A DNA stretch of 64,000 nt from a virus, in the IMG/VR virus record IMGVR_UViG_3300028376_000003, positions 64,001 through 128,000 of that record. One strand, given 5' to 3'. Below, piece by piece: positions 40,235 through 48,025 of the stretch. The stretch's first letter is position 1. Every line of letters starts with the position of its first letter. A program made the translations under genes and the position numbers. The notes beneath the pieces are model-generated. The model was not told where the DNA came from and made no database searches. It worked only from the letters and a program-made list of their open reading frames with translations.

Positions 40235-42460
40235 TTAGAAATTTTCGTTTAATGGAAAATTCTTTAGATAAATTTTATCATTGGCATTATCACCAAATAT
40301 TAAATATTTAGAGTCATCACCCAATATATATTGATTCAATACTTTATTATGAGCTTCCTCTGGGATAACATCACTAAAAAGTCTTATGTTAGTAACCTTC
40401 ATATCAGATGCTAATATCTTAGGATTTTTATCAATATTATACTGAATAGGTTCTATGTCTTGTTTATTATAATACTCTTTTCTCAAAATTGTACTATTAA
40501 GCATTTTTGCATCATCTTCTATATCTACATTTCTCTTATATATATAATTTTCAATATACCTTTGACGTTGGTTTAAATTTAGCACATAACAATACCAAGT
40601 ATCTTCCTCTAATGCATCACTTTCCCCATCATTTAACTCAAATATATATTCTTCTTCATTCATAGTAACTGTAATGCTATCATTCTTTAGACTAGACTTC
40701 CATCCTTTATTAATCCCATTGTCATAAACGTCCATAAATTTATAAACTTCATCTTTTATGTAGTTATTTATACTAAACCAAACTTGTAATGATATGTTGT
40801 CAGATACATCAAGTATAGAATTAAAGTTCTTGTATTGAACTGCCAAACCATTATATTCTACTGTTGATAAATCATAACAATATTTAGATATTATGGTTGT
40901 TGAGTTTTCAATAAGTTCTTTATCAACTTCAGAAAAATACTCAAGTCTAATAGGATCTCTAGATAAAGGTTGTTGTTCCTTCTTATTAGCAATTGACTTC
41001 TTATCTTGTTCTATCTCCTTTCCAAATAGTTCATCAATAGTAGTATTCTTTGTTAACTCACTAATGCTATTAGAAATTTCTGGAATATCTGTCTGAACAT
41101 TTGATTTTTGAGAATATTTTTTGAGAATAAGTTTATAATAAACAGCCGCATTATTAAAATTTCTAAACTGTTGAGCATGGTCAACTTGATACATTCTATT
41201 AACTTGACAAAAATGTATAAAATCTTCTTTAGAAGGTCTTCTCTGGACACCAAACATTTCCTTAAATTGTTTCTTTGTTATATGTGCTTCCATTGAATCA
41301 AATAATCCTAAATCGAATATGTTCATCTTAATCTGTGAGTCTGGAAAATTATTACCATCAATAGATATTTTTAAATCTCCCTCACACACAACATTATATA
41401 ATTGATATTCATTAAGTGTGTGGTCTTGACCATTGGCATCTGGATCAGTTGCATAATAAGTTACTTTATGTCCTAGTACTTGTTCAGAGTCTGTACTTAA
41501 TTTTTCATATAGTTGAGTAGCTTGTGTTTGTTCATAAGGATTATATAACTGAGCCTTGTCTGTATCTGTCATTGGTTTAAATGCATCATTCTCACCTTCA
41601 CAGTTGTTACCTGTTGTGTTTAAATTATCATTCATTATATACTTACCTTCACTGTTTATATAGCCTATCTGGTTGGATTTACAACATTCTCTTATCCCAA
41701 ATAGATTACTCTTTTTATAATCTTCCTTAACATTTTGAAAATCTCCTACTAAATTTATGTCTTGAAACCTAGACACTGATCCCGATTTGTTATCAATAAG
41801 ATATTCTATTTCAAAGAAACGTATAGGGTTTATCCTTTTGGTTGTTATATTTTCTTTAGTCAATGGTTCCCATTCAGTCCAAGTTCTAGAGTTATCTTGT
41901 GAGAATCTATACTTTATACTTATGTCATCTAAACTAGTTATATTAATGATTTGTATATCTTCTAATTTAAAAACTTTATATATGAAAGGTGCTTTTACTA
42001 TCTTAGAATCACCTGGCTCTATATAAAATGCTTGTTCACCATTGAATTGTATTTCTTGTCTATCTATAATACCTTCTAATTTATATTCTAGTATTCTTAT
42101 ACTACCTATTTCAGAAGTTCCCTTTCTCACCCATTTAATTTCAAGGTACATACTATCTAGTGTATCAACAACTGGGAAGTTGGTTATATTAATATTTAAG
42201 TCTAACCACTCAGACCATGTGTTACCATCTCTGGAAACTCTATAATATTGTAAGAGAAATCTATCTTGTTTAAGACCTAAACTATCGTATGTAAATCTTT
42301 TGAACTTTTCCACATTATCTAACTTATCAAAAGATAATATGTATTCATCATTGATAGAATTTAGATAAGGAGTTTCATCTTCAACACCAGTTGCCATCAC
42401 GTCATATTCATCTGATATAGTTATTATTCCTTTCTCAAAATCTGAGTTTATATTTACCAT
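40235..42460 (-). CDS. Neck/head-completion protein with T4 gp14-like core and extra domains
   Basis: LYNPY...GHKVTYY...DHTLNEY...FKEMFG..RPSKEDFIHF..NRMYQV; LamG-like C-terminus. Confidence 0.55.
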   Translation of the reverse strand: MVNINSDFEKGIITISDEYDVMATGVEDETPYLNSINDEYILSFDKLDNVEKFKRFTYDSLGLKQDRFLLQYYRVSRDGNTWSEWLDLNINITNFPVVDTLDSMYLEIKWVRKGTSEIGSIRILEYKLEGIIDRQEIQFNGEQAFYIEPGDSKIVKAPFIYKVFKLEDIQIINITSLDDISIKYRFSQDNSRTWTEWEPLTKENITTKRINPIRFFEIEYLIDNKSGSVSRFQDINLVGDFQNVKEDYKKSNLFGIRECCKSNQIGYINSEGKYIMNDNLNTTGNNCEGENDAFKPMTDTDKAQLYNPYEQTQATQLYEKLSTDSEQVLGHKVTYYATDPDANGQDHTLNEYQLYNVVCEGDLKISIDGNNFPDSQIKMNIFDLGLFDSMEAHITKKQFKEMFGVQRRPSKEDFIHFCQVNRMYQVDHAQQFRNFNNAAVYYKLILKKYSQKSNVQTDIPEISNSISELTKNTTIDELFGKEIEQDKKSIANKKEQQPLSRDPIRLEYFSEVDKELIENSTTIISKYCYDLSTVEYNGLAVQYKNFNSILDVSDNISLQVWFSINNYIKDEVYKFMDVYDNGINKGWKSSLKNDSITVTMNEEEYIFELNDGESDALEEDTWYCYVLNLNQRQRYIENYIYKRNVDIEDDAKMLNSTILRKEYYNKQDIEPIQYNIDKNPKILASDMKVTNIRLFSDVIPEEAHNKVLNQYILGDDSKYLIFGDNANDKIYLKNFPLNENF

Positions 42461-42503
42461 AACTCTATATATTAAAAAAGATTATTTTAATTTAAAAAAA
42501 ACC

Positions 42504-42613
42504 TTGTATAAACCATTTATTTATATTATATTTGCATAGAAATAATATAATTCTAAACTTTTATAAAAAAAAGTCTATAAATAACCATAGAGAGAAATAA
42601 AAGTTAATATATA
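42504..42613 (+). promoter_or_regulatory. Stacked promoter cassette (TTG-N20-TATATTTG; AAACTTTT-N13-TATAAA; TTAATATATA)
   Basis: Motifs at 42504-42534, 42555-42581, 42604-42613. Confidence 0.65.
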
Positions 42614-42620
42614 AAACATA

Positions 42621-42725
42621 ATGAAAAATTTAAACTTAAACATAGTAGTTAACCCTCAACCCCAAGTTGATATCGATCAGGATTCTGATACGAAAGGTGC
42701 TAACTATGTTTTAAATTTAAGTTGA
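42621..42725 (+). CDS. Attenuator leader peptide 4 (MKNLNLNIVVNPQPQVDIDQDSDTKGANYVLNLS)
   Basis: PQPQVDIDQDSD block before a terminator and (Asp-Gln-Pro)x2 tRNAs. Confidence 0.82.
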   Translation: MKNLNLNIVVNPQPQVDIDQDSDTKGANYVLNLS

Positions 42726-42743
42726 TATTTAAATAATAAAAAC

Positions 42744-42783
42744 AAAAACTCGGTTAGTCTTTTAGATTAACCGAGTTTTTTTT
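42744..42783 (+). terminator. Attenuator terminator 4
   Basis: aaaaactcggttagtct-ttt-agattaaccgagtttttttt. Confidence 0.9.
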
Positions 42784-42791
42784 GTTTATAT

Positions 42792-42864
42792 AGCTCTGAG
42801 GTCAAATGGTTAAGATGTACGTCTGTCTCACGTAACGGAGTGGGTTCGATTCCCATCAGAGCTG
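42792..42864 (+). tRNA. tRNA-Asp (GTC)
   Basis: tacgt-CTGTCTC-acgta; G73. Confidence 0.85.
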
Positions 42865-42876
42865 CTAATATTAAAT

Positions 42877-42950
42877 TGCCCCATAGTGTAATTGGCTAAC
42901 ACATCTGGTTTTGGTCCAGAAGATTGCAGGTTCGAACCCTGCTGGGGTAA
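42877..42950 (+). tRNA. tRNA-Gln (TTG)
   Basis: tctgg-TTTTGGT-ccaga. Confidence 0.9.
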
Positions 42951-42959
42951 CAAGTTAAT

Positions 42960-43033
42960 CGAGAAGTGACTAAGGTTATAAGCACGGGTGCATTGGAGGC
43001 ATCAGTTAGCAGGTTCGATTCCTGTCTTCTCGA
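42960..43033 (+). tRNA. tRNA-Pro (TGG)
   Basis: ggtgc-ATTGGAG-gcatc; C1:G72, A73; weak D-arm. Confidence 0.78.
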
Positions 43034-43045
43034 CAAATTTTTAAT

Positions 43046-43117
43046 AGTCCATTAGTGTAAAGGTTATCATTTCCGACTGTCTCTCGGAAGATAGGGGTTC
43101 GAATCCCCTATGGACTG
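43046..43117 (+). tRNA. tRNA-Asp (GTC), second copy
   Basis: tccga-CTGTCTC-tcgga; G73. Confidence 0.85.
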
Positions 43118-43123
43118 CAAAAA

Positions 43124-43197
43124 TGCTCTATAGTGTAATTGGTTAACACGTCTGGCTTTGGTCCAGGAGATTGTAGGTTCGAACCCTACTGGGGCAA
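43124..43197 (+). tRNA. tRNA-Gln (TTG), second copy
   Basis: tctgg-CTTTGGT-ccagg. Confidence 0.9.
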
Positions 43198-43206
43198 CAA
43201 GTATAG

Positions 43207-43279
43207 CGAGGGTGTAGTGTAATCTGGTAACACACGATGTTTGGGACATCGAATTGCTGTTCGAATCGGACATCTTCGA
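43207..43279 (+). tRNA. tRNA-Pro (TGG), second copy; 8-bp acceptor and short T-stem
   Basis: cgatg-TTTGGGA-catcg; cgagggtg/catcttcg. Confidence 0.72.
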
Positions 43280-43302
43280 CAAAAATTATAGTTAAAACTA
43301 AA

Positions 43303-43351
43303 TGTTGTTAATAAGCAACATTTTAGCACTTTTTGTTGTTAATAAGCAACA
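43303..43351. repeat. Two copies of the 18-nt imperfect palindrome TGTTGTTAATAAGCAACA
   Basis: Identical copies at 43303-43320 and 43334-43351. Confidence 0.8.
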
Positions 43352-43416
43352 AAAAAAATTAACACAAAAAACAACATATAATTCAAACTAAACTGTTATA
43401 TTTGAATATATAGTAT

Positions 43417-43869
43417 ATGGATCGTATATATAAAATTAAGTTTGATGTTACTGATGAAGAGTTAGATGACCTATTTATGTATTTCTCTGATGAAGACCTA
43501 GATGATGTTGAAGAGTTAGAGGCTGAGGCATATTTCTATTTTCACGAAGAAGGTAACTATGTATGTTATTTAATAACTACTGAGGTAGAGATGAGAACTT
43601 ACGTGGGTGTTATGGATAAAAACAAAATAAATATATATGTTAAAGATTTTTCCGATAGAATATTAAATTCAACTGTTAATCTAGAAGATAACTTAAGACA
43701 TAACATCGATAAGGAAAATTGTGAAGACTTTGAAGACTTCATTATTTGCCTAAATGAATGGGTTCTTGGAAAATTAGATATAGACTTTGTATTAGATAGG
43801 ATATCTAGCGTAGGAATTGATAATCTAACAGAAAATGAAAAATACTTTTTAAACTCATATAAAATATGA
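43417..43869 (+). CDS. Hypothetical acidic protein
   Basis: 150 aa; C-terminal LDIDFVLDRISSVGIDNLTENEKYFL. Confidence 0.7.
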   Translation: MDRIYKIKFDVTDEELDDLFMYFSDEDLDDVEELEAEAYFYFHEEGNYVCYLITTEVEMRTYVGVMDKNKINIYVKDFSDRILNSTVNLEDNLRHNIDKENCEDFEDFIICLNEWVLGKLDIDFVLDRISSVGIDNLTENEKYFLNSYKI

Positions 43870-44246
43870 ATATATTCTTAGATGATATAAGAGAACCAAA
43901 TATGTCACATAATAAAACTAAAGGATTAGGTAATGAATATTCTGATTCTAATAAATGGATTATAATAAGAGATTATTTTTCTTTCATTAAATTCTTAGAT
44001 GATAATATAGAAAATATAACACTTATATCATTTGATCACGACATAGCTTCATATAAAGATAGTAAAGAATACACTGGTAAAGATGCTGCCAATTATTTAA
44101 TAGAGATATGTTTAGATAATAGTTTAAAAATGCCTAAATGGTATGTACATTCTGACAACACAGTTGGTGCTCATAATATAAATAGCATACTACATAACTA
44201 TGTTAGGGTTGTTGAGCAGTTTAAAGGTCCAAATCACCACCTCTAG
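43866..44246 (+). CDS. Cyclic-phosphate-processing receiver-domain protein
   Basis: IFLDDIREP, ISFDHD, TGKDAANYL, VHSDNTVG..NI. Confidence 0.75.
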   Translation: MNIFLDDIREPNMSHNKTKGLGNEYSDSNKWIIIRDYFSFIKFLDDNIENITLISFDHDIASYKDSKEYTGKDAANYLIEICLDNSLKMPKWYVHSDNTVGAHNINSILHNYVRVVEQFKGPNHHL

Positions 44247-45258
44247 TGTTATATCCACCACATGTGCTATCAAGTAGATAGTATCCCTCATATTCTACAT
44301 TATTGTTATATAAAATTTTTCTTTCCTTATCGTAATTTCTGAAAGTATCCATAAATGGATAAGCATTATAATCACCTTCTAACTTTATGTTCATATTAAC
44401 TCTATATGTCTTATCACCATAGTTCATTAAATCCATGTTTTTAATACTATTGTGAGTTCTGTAACCCCAACCATTATCCTTAGCATATTTAACTAACTTA
44501 TCACCATCTGAATCAGTGAAATAATATCTTCTATCCATATAATATTCTACATCCCCAAGTTCATCACTTATAGTATTAATACCATTTAGTTTAAATACTA
44601 AAGCTCTAGCTAATAACTTACCATCTTTAACTAATATTGCTAGGCTACAAACATCTTTATTATTTACAAACATTTTAAACAAATTAGAATCAACGCCTAC
44701 CATACAAGACTTCCCTAGTGTACCAGTTCGTTTTTTTATAAAGTGTTTGTCCGCGTCATACCACTCTGGTATTTCATCACCAGATACTATTTCAATGTGT
44801 GCTTCTGAATAATTTGAGTTTGATTTATATTTATTTACAAAATTTTCAACTTCTTCTTTACTAAATCGGCTCGGGAATGCTCTATTAATAAATTTGCCTA
44901 TTTTAAACTCACTTCTATTCCCTTTGTATATGCCACCAACATCATTATTGTGTATCTCATCTGCCAATTCTTCACTAAACTCATCAAATTTAGTTATGGG
45001 TACTCTGACATTATTATTAACTTTTCTAATAGCACTATTCATTGTTGTAAAACTAACATATCCTTCTTTTTTACCGTTATCAATAAAAGTTATATCTGGG
45101 TTTATATCCTCGCCTTCTAATGAAAGTAATGCATCTGATATATCACCACCAATTATTGATATAGTATTTCTAAAATTTGGTGAGTAATACACAACAGATT
45201 CTGTTATTAACTTTTCCATAATAGAATGGTTTTTAAAACTTAAATAATTTTTAATCAT
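44221..45258 (-). CDS. Probable capsid-internal protein, conserved phage hypothetical
   Basis: MIKNYLSF...ME N-terminus; GTLGKSCM, ARALV, YMDRRY, YPFMDTF. Confidence 0.65.
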   Translation of the reverse strand: MIKNYLSFKNHSIMEKLITESVVYYSPNFRNTISIIGGDISDALLSLEGEDINPDITFIDNGKKEGYVSFTTMNSAIRKVNNNVRVPITKFDEFSEELADEIHNNDVGGIYKGNRSEFKIGKFINRAFPSRFSKEEVENFVNKYKSNSNYSEAHIEIVSGDEIPEWYDADKHFIKKRTGTLGKSCMVGVDSNLFKMFVNNKDVCSLAILVKDGKLLARALVFKLNGINTISDELGDVEYYMDRRYYFTDSDGDKLVKYAKDNGWGYRTHNSIKNMDLMNYGDKTYRVNMNIKLEGDYNAYPFMDTFRNYDKERKILYNNNVEYEGYYLLDSTCGGYNTRGGDLDL

Positions 45259-45296
45259 ATAAGGTATATATTAAATATAATTACTACATTTGCAAA

Positions 45297-45815
45297 ATGA
45301 AGCCAGCCTTAAACATATCCGAATTAAAGACACCATTTATCATAATGTTGATTGGATTACCACTATCTGGCAAAACCACTTGGATTAAAGAGAATATACT
45401 AAATATGAAAGGTTATGAAAATATTGATATTATATCTAGAGATGATATAATTATGGAGTTATCAAGTAGTGATGATTATAATAAGTCTTATTCAGAAGTT
45501 GATGAGAAAGAAGTAAATACACTATTAAGAGAAAGGCTCATAGAATCTAACAAAAATAGAAGATGTGCTATTGTTGATATGACTAATATGTCTAAAAAAA
45601 GAAAAAACACTCTTAACTATTTTAAAAAAGATTATACTAGAGTAGCTATTTTATTCCCTTTGTTAGATGATGAAAAGTATACTATTAGAAATGATAAAAG
45701 AAAACGAGAAGAAAAAAAGCATATCTCCTTAACAGTATTAAAGGATATGTTAGAAAAATACGCAATTATTAATGAGGAAGATAAATTTGATATAGTAGTT
45801 ACCGTTGAAAAATAA
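45297..45815 (+). CDS. P-loop kinase, polynucleotide-kinase/AAA_33-like
   Basis: IGLPLSGKTTW, ISRDDI, IVDMTN, RNDKR. Confidence 0.8.
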   Translation: MKPALNISELKTPFIIMLIGLPLSGKTTWIKENILNMKGYENIDIISRDDIIMELSSSDDYNKSYSEVDEKEVNTLLRERLIESNKNRRCAIVDMTNMSKKRKNTLNYFKKDYTRVAILFPLLDDEKYTIRNDKRKREEKKHISLTVLKDMLEKYAIINEEDKFDIVVTVEK

Positions 45816-45827
45816 ATAAAAATATAA

Positions 45828-46529
45828 ATGAAGTATTTAGGGAGTAAGAATAGAATATCTAAGTACATATTGCCAATTATACTAGAAGGTAGAACTAATG
45901 GACAATATTATGTCGAGCCTTTTGTGGGTGGTGGGAACACAATTGATAAAGTTGGTGGCAATAGAATTGGTTCTGATAGTAATAAATATATGATAGCACT
46001 ACACAAAGCTTTACAAAAAGGCTGGATACCACCAAAGAATGTGTCTAAGGAAGAATATCTACATTTGAAGGATAACAGAGATGATTATCCACTTGAAATG
46101 GTTGGTTACTTTGCTACACAACTAGTATTCGGTAGTGTGTGGTTCGGCTCTTATAGAAGAGATAACAAAGGAAATAGAGACTATGATATTGAAGCATATA
46201 ATAATGTTATGAAACAACAACCAAATCTAACAGATGTTGAATTTGTTTGTTGTAGCTATGAGTGTCTAGATATACCACCAAACAGTCTTATTTATTGCGA
46301 TCCACCTTATAGAGGTGCTAGACCTTATATTGGTGATAATAAAATTAATCATAATATGTTTTGGGACTGGTGTAGAAAGGCATCAAATGAAGGTCATCAA
46401 GTATTTATAAGTGAATATAATGCTCCTGATGATTTTGAATGTGTGTGGGAAAAAGAAATATCATCAAGTGGGAATGGGATAACAGATAAAAAGTTAAGAG
46501 CCACAGAAAAACTATTCACAATAAAATAA
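45828..46529 (+). CDS. DNA adenine methyltransferase (Dam/D12-like)
   Basis: MKYLGSK, YVEPFVGGG, YCDPPY, ISEY. Confidence 0.9.
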   Translation: MKYLGSKNRISKYILPIILEGRTNGQYYVEPFVGGGNTIDKVGGNRIGSDSNKYMIALHKALQKGWIPPKNVSKEEYLHLKDNRDDYPLEMVGYFATQLVFGSVWFGSYRRDNKGNRDYDIEAYNNVMKQQPNLTDVEFVCCSYECLDIPPNSLIYCDPPYRGARPYIGDNKINHNMFWDWCRKASNEGHQVFISEYNAPDDFECVWEKEISSSGNGITDKKLRATEKLFTIK

Positions 46530-46598
46530 AAAATATATACAAATCAATTATTTATTCGTATATTTGTTTAAACAAAACCATAAACTAAAACTATAACC

Positions 46599-46838
46599 AT
46601 GGTAGACACATTTAAAAATCATAGATTTGAAAGAAATTTATTAGAGAAAAAAATGGTAGATGAGTTCTCAGAGGAAGTAAACTTAGCAGAAATAGAATCA
46701 AGAGTTTTTGGTGATTTTAATTCTAAGTATGAAATACTAACAAAAAGAGAATTAAAAATTGTAAATTCTACTGTACAATGGTTAGGTACAGAAGTTGGAC
46801 AAGACTATCTTAAAAGATGTGGATTTGAAAAAGTATAG
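46599..46838 (+). CDS. Hypothetical protein
   Basis: 79 aa; STVQWLGTEVG; promoter at 46559. Confidence 0.65.
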   Translation: MVDTFKNHRFERNLLEKKMVDEFSEEVNLAEIESRVFGDFNSKYEILTKRELKIVNSTVQWLGTEVGQDYLKRCGFEKV

Positions 46839-46843
46839 AATAT

Positions 46844-46931
46844 GAGAGAGTTCCAGAGTGGTCAAATGGGCTTATATAAAGTAATATGAGTGTCTTAACA
46901 GACTTCGGGGTTCGAATCCTATCCTCTCTCA
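46844..46931 (+). pseudogene. Degenerate tRNA (Tyr/Leu-like body, non-canonical anticodon loop)
   Basis: gagagag/ctctctc acceptor, D-arm CCAGAGTGGTCAAATGG, GGTTCGAATCC T-loop; anticodon loop is not 7 nt. Confidence 0.6.
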
Positions 46932-47014
46932 CTAATTGGGTGCTAGTATAATAGGCAAAGCTTAATTGTGATAAGCCCTTCCCATCTCGAAGGATAAAAT
47001 CATAGCCCTTTGTA

Positions 47015-47046
47015 AAAAAGTTTATCTTTTAAAGATAAACTTTTTA
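47015..47046 (+). terminator. AT-rich hairpin with U-tract
   Basis: aaaaagtttatcttt / aaagataaactttttt. Confidence 0.55.
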
Positions 47047-47063
47047 AATTTAATTAAAAAATT

Positions 47064-47561
47064 ATGAAAAAAGAAGAAAATCTAGAATTAAGAATGTATG
47101 GACTAGTCCCTTATAATATATCGGACATACAAAAGGGAATACAGTTTGGACACTCCGTAGTTAGATATGGAAGAAATGTTACTAAACTCAATTCCTTTAA
47201 TAAATATCATAAACAGTATATAGATTGGGCAGATAATCACGAAACTTTTGTTATATTAAATGGTGGTACTACTAACATCAGAAAAGGTATTGATGGTAAT
47301 TGTCTAGGTAGTCTCAATAATTATCACAAGATGTTAACTGATAGAGGTATCCTAACAAGTGATTTTTACGAACCAGATCTCGGAGATCAATTAACTGCCT
47401 TTTGTCTAATAATAGACGAGAGAGTTTTTAATAGGAAAAAATATCCTGAATATGACACTGACATTCTTGGTGGTCAATCTTATGAAGAATGGGTTGATAC
47501 AATAGGTGGTGAGGAAAATGTATTTATAAGAAATTTACTATATCCACTTAGACTAGCATGA
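47064..47561 (+). CDS. Peptidyl-tRNA hydrolase PTH2-like protein
   Basis: MYGLVPYNIS.IQKGIQFGH, W...HETFVIL, FYEPDLGDQLTAF. Confidence 0.65.
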   Translation: MKKEENLELRMYGLVPYNISDIQKGIQFGHSVVRYGRNVTKLNSFNKYHKQYIDWADNHETFVILNGGTTNIRKGIDGNCLGSLNNYHKMLTDRGILTSDFYEPDLGDQLTAFCLIIDERVFNRKKYPEYDTDILGGQSYEEWVDTIGGEENVFIRNLLYPLRLA

Positions 47562-47896
47562 TAACTGAAATTAATATAGAGGGGATAGGAATAATAGAAG
47601 TTACTGATTTTAACACTCTATCAAATTCATATACAACATACACTGATGTAATACCTTCTATAGATTGGTCAATTATTACAAATTTGGATTTGGATCTATT
47701 GAATAAACTAAAAAATATGTACAAATTTAATGTTAATAGCAATGTGTTTAATTTTTATAACACATTTGTTAAAAATGTTACGTATGGATATAATCCCAAT
47801 TCTAAATCAATGCATATTACTTTTTGCAGTGATCACTTTGTAAGATTAAGCAAACAAGAAATAAGAAGCTACAAATTAAAAAAAATACTTCATTAA
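47558..47896 (+). CDS. Hypothetical protein
   Basis: 112 aa; ends IRSYKLKKILH. Confidence 0.65.
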   Translation: MITEINIEGIGIIEVTDFNTLSNSYTTYTDVIPSIDWSIITNLDLDLLNKLKNMYKFNVNSNVFNFYNTFVKNVTYGYNPNSKSMHITFCSDHFVRLSKQEIRSYKLKKILH

Positions 47897-48025
47897 AACA
47901 CAATGAATCAGTTGGTTATAAAAACTAAAAAAATTATTGAGCAAATTATAACAATTTAATTAAAACTATTTTGTATATTTGTCCATATTTAAGAAACAAA
48001 ATACTTATCAATCACTATAAACATT

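Noticed and set aside
25560-42790. T-box riboswitches as the explanation for the terminators before tRNAs
   Set aside because: No T-box UGGNACC bulge motif or Stem I; the leaders are short and contain codon-biased ORFs instead.
43067-43282. 71 aa minus-strand ORF
   Set aside because: Antisense to the tRNA-Asp/Gln/Pro genes.
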